The notes beneath the pieces are model-generated. The model saw only the letters and a program-made list of their open reading frames with translations, did no database searches and had not been told where the DNA came from. From an uncultured virus (IMG/VR IMGVR_UViG_3300013306_000014) (lineage: Duplodnaviria; Heunggongvirae; Uroviricota; Caudoviricetes): DNA of 60,882 nucleotides. The position numbers and the translations under genes were made by a program. Shown here one piece after another: positions 47,896-55,908 of the stretch. The stretch lies in the IMG/VR virus record IMGVR_UViG_3300013306_000014. The stretch is one strand, 5' to 3'. Each line of letters begins with the position of its first letter. Position 1 is the stretch's first letter.

Positions 47896-48780
47896 ATGAA
47901 TACGGTACAAGCCACAGTCTACGGCGCTAAGCTTCTGGTTTCGTTACTCCTCGGACAAAATCCGGTGATTGATGCCAAGTCCACCATGAACGAGCGTCTT
48001 GAAGTTCAAGAGAACGCGCGTCCTACCGCCACTGAGCGTGTGAAGCTCTGCATCCTCATGGCTGGTAACAAAGGTCACACCGCGTCGATCGGTAACAACG
48101 GTATTGCCAAGACTTCGATCTTGGACCACTACGCCGACAACGCTTCGCTCTACAACCCAATGCCAATGGCAATGCGTCCTGTGGATGATGACTTTCCAAA
48201 GTCCATCCGCGATAAGTACGCTCTGCGTGTAGAGATGTTGGTTGACGGTGTCAACTACTACGCTTACTTCGGTCTGCGTATTCACGTCTCCACGGATGAC
48301 GTGACTGTAGTGATGAAGAAGATCACTACCGAAGATGGTATCGTTACTGAAGTCGTGTTCGTGCCTAACACCTCGAACCTGTACCCAGAACCGATCCAGT
48401 TGCCGTCTACCGGCGCCGCTACCACCACTGACGTGAAGCTGGCAGTATCTGCCTTGCTGCCAGTCGTCCTGTCCACTACTGACGTGCAAGAGTACGTCAA
48501 CGTGTCCAAGATCTTGTATGGTGGTGACGAGGAATACGCGATCATGTCGGAGTTCGCACTCTGCACAGCCGCTGACCGCACTGTTACCGTACAGACCACT
48601 TCGGGTACTACCCAGTTCAACGAAGCGATCGGTACTCAAATCTACGCGTTCGCTGCTGACCACAAGGCGTTGTACTACAACGAACAGGAATTGACTCTGC
48701 AATTCGACGTCGGTAACCAAATCCCGATGCTCGGCACTCAGTCGATCCCTACCCTTGAAACGATCGGCACCGGCGCTTAA
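47896..48780 (+). CDS. Virion structural protein (gp127-like)
   Basis: 294 aa; GNKGH and YALR...YYAYF motifs; optimised codon use. Confidence 0.65.
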   Translation: MNTVQATVYGAKLLVSLLLGQNPVIDAKSTMNERLEVQENARPTATERVKLCILMAGNKGHTASIGNNGIAKTSILDHYADNASLYNPMPMAMRPVDDDFPKSIRDKYALRVEMLVDGVNYYAYFGLRIHVSTDDVTVVMKKITTEDGIVTEVVFVPNTSNLYPEPIQLPSTGAATTTDVKLAVSALLPVVLSTTDVQEYVNVSKILYGGDEEYAIMSEFALCTAADRTVTVQTTSGTTQFNEAIGTQIYAFAADHKALYYNEQELTLQFDVGNQIPMLGTQSIPTLETIGTGA

Positions 48781-48815
48781 AAGGAGTGGCGCTACTTCGG
48801 TAGCGCCTACCAGTC
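48781..48815 (+). promoter_or_regulatory. Shine-Dalgarno separated from the ruvC start by a UUCG hairpin
   Basis: AAGGAG-T-[GGCGCTAC-TTCG-GTAGCGCC]-TACCAGTC-ATG. Confidence 0.55.
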
Positions 48816-49409
48816 ATGTTCGAACTTAAGCCAGGATTCAGCGGCCATTGGATATATCGAATCCTCGGTATCGACAACGGCACCAATACGGTCGGGTTTA
48901 CGATTGTAGACCACGATCTTCGTACAGGTATATCGACTGTAATCTTTGCTGAAACTGTTACTGCTGATAAATCAGCTTATAACAAGTACGCGGGGGTTGC
49001 ATCGAACAGAGGCAACCTTGACGCTCGGTTGCTTGTTGTAAATGACCGCCTTGCAGAAATACTGGATGAGTACGACCCAGACATCGTAGGATGTGAGGCT
49101 CCGTTTTCTCATCTAAACATCAGTACCTACCGGACGCTTGTAACGGCCATGAAGTATTTGGACGATACTTGCTATAAACATAGACGGACGTTACAATTCG
49201 TCGAAGTTTCTCCCGGTAAGGCAAAGAAAGCGGTGTGTCCGGAAGGGCAATATAAAACCGATAAAGAATTAATTCGTCAATTTATCATGGATGATGCGAA
49301 CATCGTTGAGGGGGAAGGTATCTCGATCAAGGATCTTGACGAACACTCCGTTGACGGCATCACTGTGTGCAGATTCCTTGCGCTTGACGCCGCTAAAGCA
49401 TTTACATAA
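48816..49409 (+). CDS. ruvC: RuvC-like Holliday junction resolvase
   Basis: ILGIDNG, VGCEAPF, SPGKAKKAV and DEHSVDGI motifs. Confidence 0.85.
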   Translation: MFELKPGFSGHWIYRILGIDNGTNTVGFTIVDHDLRTGISTVIFAETVTADKSAYNKYAGVASNRGNLDARLLVVNDRLAEILDEYDPDIVGCEAPFSHLNISTYRTLVTAMKYLDDTCYKHRRTLQFVEVSPGKAKKAVCPEGQYKTDKELIRQFIMDDANIVEGEGISIKDLDEHSVDGITVCRFLALDAAKAFT

Positions 49410-49470
49410 ACAGGGAGTTAATGTAGATTAATGATGGCCTTAGGCCGTCATGCACTTCACATGACATCTG

Positions 49471-49890
49471 GTGGTTCCCATGAACGTAAGAGATGCTATC
49501 TCGCTTATGGCAAAGAACCCGGCGGTGGGCTTCACCTGGGAGCCTACGTTGATCACACTGGTCAACGGCTTCCTTCCAAGTGATCGTCAGTTGGACCCAA
49601 GCACCGCAGAAGCTAAGGAGATCCAGGATGCACTCGCAACCCTGGACGTGGCTACGCAGGATATGATTCTGACCTCGAGTCTCGGCGTGGCTGCCGGTGG
49701 TCAGAATCCGACTCCTACCCCTCTCCAAACCCCTGCGACAGCTCAAGCGCCAACAGCTCCATGGTCGCCGAGTGAGCTTCAGAAATTGGTTGGTCTCAGT
49801 ATTCTGTTTGTCACCGTCTTGGTAGCAGCCAAGAATGGCCTGAACATCCCAGAAATTATTGAGTTGATCAAAGTGCTTAGTTCGATGTGA
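49471..49890 (+). CDS. Hypothetical membrane protein (C-terminal TM); start may be 49480
   Basis: 139 aa; Pro/Thr linker followed by the hydrophobic segment LVGLSILFVTVLVAA. Confidence 0.6.
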   Translation: MVPMNVRDAISLMAKNPAVGFTWEPTLITLVNGFLPSDRQLDPSTAEAKEIQDALATLDVATQDMILTSSLGVAAGGQNPTPTPLQTPATAQAPTAPWSPSELQKLVGLSILFVTVLVAAKNGLNIPEIIELIKVLSSM

Positions 49891-49913
49891 TAACTCACTG
49901 CTAGGGTGGTTAC

Positions 49914-49965
49914 ACAAAAAAAAAGAAAGAGCATAAAGACCGTGGGTTTCCCCACGGTCTTTATG
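49914..49965. terminator. Bidirectional terminator
   Basis: ACAAAAAAAAAGAAAG + 15-bp stem CATAAAGACCGTGGG/CCCACGGTCTTTATG. Confidence 0.85.
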
Positions 49966-49978
49966 TCGGCTTATGCCA

Positions 49979-50128
49979 TCAAGTAACGAAGTAGATCGGC
50001 ATCACATTCGGATGTTTGATCTGATAGAGCTGTCGAGCCCACGCTTCGTCCTCACGCCGCTGCTGTTCACTATATTCAGTAGGAAACAATGCAGCGTGGA
50101 TAGCCAGCGCTAGTTTGTTAGCGTACAT
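49979..50128 (-). CDS. Small 49-aa protein not in the ORF track
   Basis: MYANKLALAIHAALFPTEYSEQQRREDEAWARQLYQIKHPNVMPIYFVT; GAGGTG RBS; fills the gap before the terminator. Confidence 0.6.
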   Translation of the reverse strand: MYANKLALAIHAALFPTEYSEQQRREDEAWARQLYQIKHPNVMPIYFVT

Positions 50129-50136
50129 GCAGCACC

Positions 50137-50781
50137 TCATACGTGTACGTTAGGGCTGCGGAAGTAGGTCTCGTACAGCTTAGCGACCTTCTTGTTCACT
50201 TCAGCCTGACGGTCCACTTTCATGGCAGGGGTCAGGATGATGAGTTCATCGTGAGTGAATGGGATCTCTTCAGGGGTCAGTTCATAACCATCCGGAAGTT
50301 CAGCATCGATCTTCGCCCATGGAACTACTTCACCCTTACCGTTACGGAAGATGTCCACTTCAAACTTGAAGGGAACGCCATCGCGAGTGGTAGCTTCAAT
50401 GACGTAGCGCATCTTGATGAGACCCTGATCAGCCATCAGCTTAAACTGGCCGAACATTACTTCATCAGAAGGACGCTCGTTCTCAAGCTTACCCTTCTCT
50501 TTAGCGTCAGTCTTGGTGGTTTGTTCATAAACCACTAAGCTGTCTTCGTGTTCGGTCATACGAACGCGTATAGAGCCGCTGGAGGCGTTCTGATCAGACT
50601 TGGGTACAAAGATCCCCCATTGCTCCTGACCTTCGTGATACGTCGCTGTGGTGACGATCTGCTGAAGATCATAACCCGAGATGTAAATCTCGTTTTCGTA
50701 TTCCATCCCGGAGGCTTCAAAAGAAGCTTCTTCTTCAGGATTAGCAAATGCCAAGCGTTCGATGATAGAAGTCATCGTCAT
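50137..50781 (-). CDS. CYTH / triphosphate tunnel metalloenzyme-like protein
   Basis: E.E motif (EYENEIY), IRVR, T.K, ENE, K.RY, FEVD pattern. Confidence 0.65.
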   Translation of the reverse strand: MTMTSIIERLAFANPEEEASFEASGMEYENEIYISGYDLQQIVTTATYHEGQEQWGIFVPKSDQNASSGSIRVRMTEHEDSLVVYEQTTKTDAKEKGKLENERPSDEVMFGQFKLMADQGLIKMRYVIEATTRDGVPFKFEVDIFRNGKGEVVPWAKIDAELPDGYELTPEEIPFTHDELIILTPAMKVDRQAEVNKKVAKLYETYFRSPNVHV

Positions 50782-50797
50782 CCCCTGTGGTTTTCAA

Positions 50798-50854
50798 ACA
50801 AAAAAAACATTACCTCTCGGATAATGCACCGTACACCCATTGAAGGGTGTACGG
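50798..50854 (-). terminator. Tandem stem-loops with a T-tract after the 646-aa gene
   Basis: CCGTACACCC/GGGTGTACGG stem, a smaller CATTA..TAATG stem, then an A-run on the plus strand. Confidence 0.6.
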
Positions 50855-50946
50855 ATTCGTCCTACAGTATTACGATTAAGTTGATGGGTGCGGCCACATT
50901 ACTGGCCACCTCTGTGCTTGGCGTAGCAGGAACCTGATGGTAAAGC

Positions 50947-52887
50947 TTACACAGCAGCCAGGATGAAAGATTCCAGGCGGCAGGCGTAAGGCAGTACTTC
51001 GATCAGGCGGTTGTCAGAGGTGGACAGCAAGAGGCGAGGCTTCAGGCCCGGCGGGGTTTGCTGCTCGAGGGCCGAGTACAGACCGCGCAGGGTGGTGAAG
51101 AGTTCACGGTTGGAAGATTGAGTAACAGCCAGACCGGTTTCGTCCATAGTCAGAGCCAGGCCGATGCCCAGTTCGTCGATGGTTGCGCCGAAGCTTGCTA
51201 CTGCCAGAACATCCAGGAATACCAGAGCTTTCGGATTCTTCACGTCGGCGATCAGATCACCGGCGATGTCGGCGATTTCTTCAGCGGAGACGTAAGCGGT
51301 GGACAGGGTGGTTACGTGACCGACACGCTGAGCGAACTGTGCTGCTTCGGCAGCGCCACGCTTGGCACCGTACGCGTCCAGGAAGCGGCCGTAGTGGCGG
51401 CTGAAGTCCAGCTTGGTAACCTTGTCGAATTGGAACTGGTATTTCGCAGAGCGCAGTAGGTTTTCGGTGAAGCGTTTGTTCAGAAGCTCGAATACCGGCT
51501 TCTCGAATTGTGGCTTCAGTTCTTCCAGCAGCTCAGCAGCCTGGGTCAGGGTGTTGGCACCGCCGACTTTGGCAACCAGATCCAGTTGAGCATTGTCTTG
51601 CACTGCGATAGGGGTACGCAGGAATTGCACGTCAACACGCACCGGCGCGTCTTCCGAGTTCAGGCGAACACGCCCTTGGAATACGGCGCTGGTAATGCTG
51701 TCGGCAGCGAGAGCGTTGGAGAAGGTCAACTGGTCAGTAGGGATCTGCTTGATCAGGTCACCCAGCTTCAGACCAGGCTTGTCCAGCTCCAGGCTGATTT
51801 CGGTAGTGCCTTCTTTCAACGCCTTCAGCGAGATGCCGCCGGTAGGTGCTGCTTTCGGGGTATCGATTGCATGGGTATCTTCACGCAGGCTGTGTGCCAA
51901 TTGCTTGTTTTCGTTATCCACTTCAACTAACTCCTCGCGGACTTCGCCGCTGCTATCCATGACGTAATACTTGATGTATTGGTTGACGTCGTAAAGGGTT
52001 GGGACGGCGGTGATCAGCTGTTCACCATCGCCAGTAAGTTTCCAGCCAGACAAGTGAGCGACACGCCAATGCTCATCATTCAGCCAGTAATCTTCGTACG
52101 GGTTTGCACGCGTATGGTCAGGACCATCTACGTGGGTGTTGCGGGCTTCCAGATGTGGCAGTGGTTCTTCTGGATGCTCGTATTCAGGTTCACGACGTTC
52201 AGGCTCACGCTCACGGCGTGGTTCTTCGCGACGTGGTTCATCACGCTCATCCCGTTCATCGGTAGCAACACCGATGTCAGAGAGGATATCCCAGTGATCA
52301 GCACCTTCGTTACCAGAACGGCTGTCACGAGGACCACTGCGGCGAGTATCGCGGTAATCACGATCACGACCACCTCGGTCACGGTCTCGACCATCACGAT
52401 CCTCACGGGTACTCCAACGAGCACCACCGCCACGGCGATCATCATCATCGTTATCACGATCACGACTACCACCACGACGACGTCCACCGCCGGCCAGCTT
52501 ACCAGCCAGCCGCATTGCATCTTCCATACCGCGCTCAGCATCACGCGGCAGTTCACGAACAAGCTTTGGATCGGCGAAAACAGATTCAGCGAAGTGACCA
52601 TCCACCATCGCTTCAACGCCAAGACGGATGATGTCCTTCTCGCGATCGCCGCGCTGACCCAGTTCGTCTTCGATGTTCCGAAGGTTCGCAAAGGTCAGTT
52701 TGACCAGCTTGTCCATGTTGCTGTTGTTATAACGATGCTTGCCGAGGTTTTCAGCATAACTGCGACGAAGATCCAGAATGAAATCATCCCGAACATCGAC
52801 GCCATCCGCTTTCGCCTCGATGTAACGGATGGTCTCGTCAAAGACGAGGTCCCAGATCCGTTCCGCTTCACGAGAGTCGCTTGCCAT
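50947..52887 (-). CDS. Conserved phiKZ-like protein (gp124-like position) with large charged disordered region
   Basis: 646 aa; Arg/Asp/Gly/Glu-rich segment; downstream of the nvRNAP subunit. Confidence 0.7.
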   Translation of the reverse strand: MASDSREAERIWDLVFDETIRYIEAKADGVDVRDDFILDLRRSYAENLGKHRYNNSNMDKLVKLTFANLRNIEDELGQRGDREKDIIRLGVEAMVDGHFAESVFADPKLVRELPRDAERGMEDAMRLAGKLAGGGRRRGGSRDRDNDDDDRRGGGARWSTREDRDGRDRDRGGRDRDYRDTRRSGPRDSRSGNEGADHWDILSDIGVATDERDERDEPRREEPRREREPERREPEYEHPEEPLPHLEARNTHVDGPDHTRANPYEDYWLNDEHWRVAHLSGWKLTGDGEQLITAVPTLYDVNQYIKYYVMDSSGEVREELVEVDNENKQLAHSLREDTHAIDTPKAAPTGGISLKALKEGTTEISLELDKPGLKLGDLIKQIPTDQLTFSNALAADSITSAVFQGRVRLNSEDAPVRVDVQFLRTPIAVQDNAQLDLVAKVGGANTLTQAAELLEELKPQFEKPVFELLNKRFTENLLRSAKYQFQFDKVTKLDFSRHYGRFLDAYGAKRGAAEAAQFAQRVGHVTTLSTAYVSAEEIADIAGDLIADVKNPKALVFLDVLAVASFGATIDELGIGLALTMDETGLAVTQSSNRELFTTLRGLYSALEQQTPPGLKPRLLLSTSDNRLIEVLPYACRLESFILAAV

Positions 52888-52911
52888 ACATCTTCCTATT
52901 CTTGAGTTAAA

Positions 52912-54564
52912 TTAGTTTCGGCCGATAGCCGCGTCGATATGTGCAACGATTGGCTTCATGTGTTCTTTCCGCACAATCGTATTCTTCTCGTCCAGTTCCA
53001 CTGTCGGGTTGATCGTATTACGACCCAGTGGAGAGTGCTTCGGAAGGATAAGGTGGTTACCCCCTTCAGCAATCGAACCGTCGAGCCACGATTGTGGATC
53101 GTTCACGTTCAAGTTCTGGGATTTACGCCCAGCACTCGTTTGCGCCTGCATTACCAAGCGAGAGGTGATTCGGAAGAACATGTTGTCGCCAGGTGTAGAC
53201 ACGCTGGACATAAACGGTTTGCTGCTAGTCTTGCGCAGGTTGAAGATGATCGTGGGCATAAAGAACTTACCCAAGATCTTGTTGTAGTCATCCGCTGTGT
53301 GCTTACGCTTCCGGTTATTCGTGATCTCGAAGAGACACCGGAAGATCTGCTCGTAGATGTCACGCAGTACATACTGCGCAGTCACCAAGCGTTTACCATA
53401 CATGGAGCCAATGGATTCCGCTTTCGAATCAATCAGGTGATCGATCTGAACGAGAATGTAAGCAAAGAACTCGTAGAGGTTTTCAACATCCAAGTTCTCT
53501 TCATCCAGCAGAGTCTTGCGTACTTCGATGTCCACGTAATCATCCAGGCTGATGAGGTGACTCACCACGTTCTCAACCAGCTTACCAACAGACATCTGGT
53601 CGCCAAAGAGAACGTAACCCATCCAGCGCTTCCAGATGTCATCGCCGAGCAAGTCTTCAACCAGCAGATCCTGAGGGAACAGATCGACCAGATAGAAGAA
53701 TGCCAAGGCAAACGCCATGGTCAGCTGATTGGTAGCAGCTTTAGGAATGATCAGGCAGAGATTTGTAGCGATATCGGGGTAATGCACACGCAGCTTCAAT
53801 GCAGCCGGCCGGGACTTGGCTGATCTGACTACGGTGTATTTTTCAGGGTCAACGGGGTTCTCGGCCAAGAACTCTTCGGTAACGATTGCAACATCGCAAT
53901 ACGCAAACCGAGCGAACGTCTCTTTCAGCCCGTAGCGGCAGAAGAGATAATGCGGCAGAGTAGACATCACCTTACCGAGCGTGATGGTATCACTTTCCGA
54001 CTTCTTGTTATTGTTGGCAGACCGGTGGTGCAGCCAAGAATAAGCAATGTATTCGGAGTAATCTTCTCCATCTTTCAAAACGGTGTAGATCAGACGCTTG
54101 AATGTAACCGGAGCGCGTGACATACGGATGAACACAAAGTCCTGGCCAATCGAGAGGCCAGGGTCTGTTAGTACATCGCCGATGGCGAACTGTTTACCTG
54201 TAATGGTGAGCAACCCACCGCGCCTTGGAGCAGGCAAGCAGAAATAGCGCGGATATAGCGGAACGCCATTACAGGAGAACTGATACTTCACCATGTAGAC
54301 ATCGCTTTGCGCTAAGTCGATGGAGGGGGTGGAACGATCGGACCGTGTCAGCGAAGATGACATAACGCTGTACGCTTCCTGAGGACTACAGATGTAAGAT
54401 CCGTTGTACTCGAAGTCATCTGGATAACTGTTTTCAGCACACGCAATAGTCTGATCTACGAGTCCCTTAGCATCGTCCAAGCCATGATAGGCGAGTCCAT
54501 CCAGAATGTCCTGATTGAAAACAGGCATCCTCTTCTGCAAGTCGTCAAATAACCAAGTATGCAT
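52912..54564 (-). CDS. Non-virion RNA polymerase beta subunit, N-terminal part (phiKZ gp123-like)
   Basis: 550 aa; beta-like motifs (LP...GG.L.I.G, H/D.S..E.G...P...P.GR..INP); synteny with the major capsid gene. Confidence 0.75.
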   Translation of the reverse strand: MHTWLFDDLQKRMPVFNQDILDGLAYHGLDDAKGLVDQTIACAENSYPDDFEYNGSYICSPQEAYSVMSSSLTRSDRSTPSIDLAQSDVYMVKYQFSCNGVPLYPRYFCLPAPRRGGLLTITGKQFAIGDVLTDPGLSIGQDFVFIRMSRAPVTFKRLIYTVLKDGEDYSEYIAYSWLHHRSANNNKKSESDTITLGKVMSTLPHYLFCRYGLKETFARFAYCDVAIVTEEFLAENPVDPEKYTVVRSAKSRPAALKLRVHYPDIATNLCLIIPKAATNQLTMAFALAFFYLVDLFPQDLLVEDLLGDDIWKRWMGYVLFGDQMSVGKLVENVVSHLISLDDYVDIEVRKTLLDEENLDVENLYEFFAYILVQIDHLIDSKAESIGSMYGKRLVTAQYVLRDIYEQIFRCLFEITNNRKRKHTADDYNKILGKFFMPTIIFNLRKTSSKPFMSSVSTPGDNMFFRITSRLVMQAQTSAGRKSQNLNVNDPQSWLDGSIAEGGNHLILPKHSPLGRNTINPTVELDEKNTIVRKEHMKPIVAHIDAAIGRN

Positions 54565-54580
54565 TCCATCCCCTACCCAT

Positions 54581-55696
54581 CTATGAAGGTTTCATTTTAG
54601 CCACCATCGTTAACACAGTTAGCGACGATGTGATTATCCCACCGACCAGACGAATCCAGTCGCCCAAGTTTTTAGTCTTCTCTTTAACATCGTCTTCGCG
54701 ATGTTTCCAGCGAAGCCATTCCTCACGCTCGCGAGCGAATGCCCTTTCGGACTCTGTCTTCTCTCGCGTATACGTGTGGTCTGTGTCAGCTTTCTCCCCA
54801 GCTCGATCGAACTCTTTCATTTTCTGTTCGTGCGCTCTGCGGGCTATTTCTTCTTTACGTATTTCTTGCCAACTAACACCAGCTTGGGCTTTCTCAATAC
54901 TGTCAGCTAAGTTGAACCGAATATCTGCATCTTCAAACGACAGATGTTCAGTGTGGATGGTTGCACCAGACCCAATGACGTTCTTCACTGCGGCTGGTCG
55001 CCGAGTTGTGACATGTACACCGTCACGTAACCTTAAATCACGTTCAATTGGAATGTGGTGAACGGTATTGCCCAACAGCATAAACCGATCATGTCTATTC
55101 CTAAGAGAACTATTGTCTACGGCTTTGATCGAGAACAGCAGAGTATCTTTACCCAAGTGAGGTAGGTCAGCGGCTAATCCATACTGCAACCGATTAAAGT
55201 TACTGAACGGATGCTCCTCAAACTTCTCAACTTCTGGTTCGAGCGAGATCAACAGATCCAACTCTTCCAAGTACACAGTACCCCCGGCATTAACAACATC
55301 ATTCAGCTGAATCTCCACATGAATCGTGAGAGTAGTCAACCTGCCCTGATGAGACCAAGAATTCAATCTCGCTTCAAAGGCATTAATGATTTCTGCTGCT
55401 AACCCTTGCGGATTTCGATGCCGGTCTAAGAAATCAACATAGGTCGATTTGTAAGATTCCTTAGTCATAGTCCATTCGAGAAAGACGTCAATGTATTCAC
55501 CGCCTTGAGTGTACTGCTTCGGTTTGAGAATCGAATGCACGCCCATTCTGGTTTTGACGCTTAGAGTCCGACTTGACGCATTAACGTAGCGCATTGTAAA
55601 CGCTGCGTTCTCACGACCCTTCAAATCGGGATCGCTCAACTCTGCACGAGAGGTGAACTTATCGAACGGAACAAAACGACGTCCCGAACTATCCAT
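54581..55696 (-). CDS. Conserved hypothetical protein with C-terminal coiled coil and hydrophobic tail (gp122-like position)
   Basis: 371 aa; AAGG RBS; first gene after the early-promoter-like motif. Confidence 0.7.
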   Translation of the reverse strand: MDSSGRRFVPFDKFTSRAELSDPDLKGRENAAFTMRYVNASSRTLSVKTRMGVHSILKPKQYTQGGEYIDVFLEWTMTKESYKSTYVDFLDRHRNPQGLAAEIINAFEARLNSWSHQGRLTTLTIHVEIQLNDVVNAGGTVYLEELDLLISLEPEVEKFEEHPFSNFNRLQYGLAADLPHLGKDTLLFSIKAVDNSSLRNRHDRFMLLGNTVHHIPIERDLRLRDGVHVTTRRPAAVKNVIGSGATIHTEHLSFEDADIRFNLADSIEKAQAGVSWQEIRKEEIARRAHEQKMKEFDRAGEKADTDHTYTREKTESERAFAREREEWLRWKHREDDVKEKTKNLGDWIRLVGGIITSSLTVLTMVAKMKPS

Positions 55697-55767
55697 AACC
55701 TTATTGCCCCTGTGTATATAACTACGGTCCCCAATGGTTTTACTCTTTTCCTACTACGCCTATTTTA

Positions 55768-55787
55768 GTAATGTATGTCTGTAATTT
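55768..55787 (-). promoter_or_regulatory. Putative early (virion RNAP) promoter for the nvRNAP-containing operon
   Basis: Minus strand AAATTACAGACATACATTAC; shares 12 nt with 60632-60651 and ATACATTAC with 40013-40021. Confidence 0.65.
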
Positions 55788-55813
55788 CTTTATACGTGAA
55801 TTGCCGTAGACGG

Positions 55814-55845
55814 CATAAAGCCGGGACCGAAGTCCCGGCTTTATG
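55814..55845 (-). terminator. Major capsid gene terminator stem-loop
   Basis: CATAAAGCCGGGAC-(UUCG loop on minus)-GTCCCGGCTTTATG; additional hairpins at ~55856-55897. Confidence 0.8.
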
Positions 55846-55908
55846 TTCCCACATTAATCCCACTAAGGATTAGGCAGCTCCGGAACTACTTCCGGAGGTA
55901 GCTCCAAG

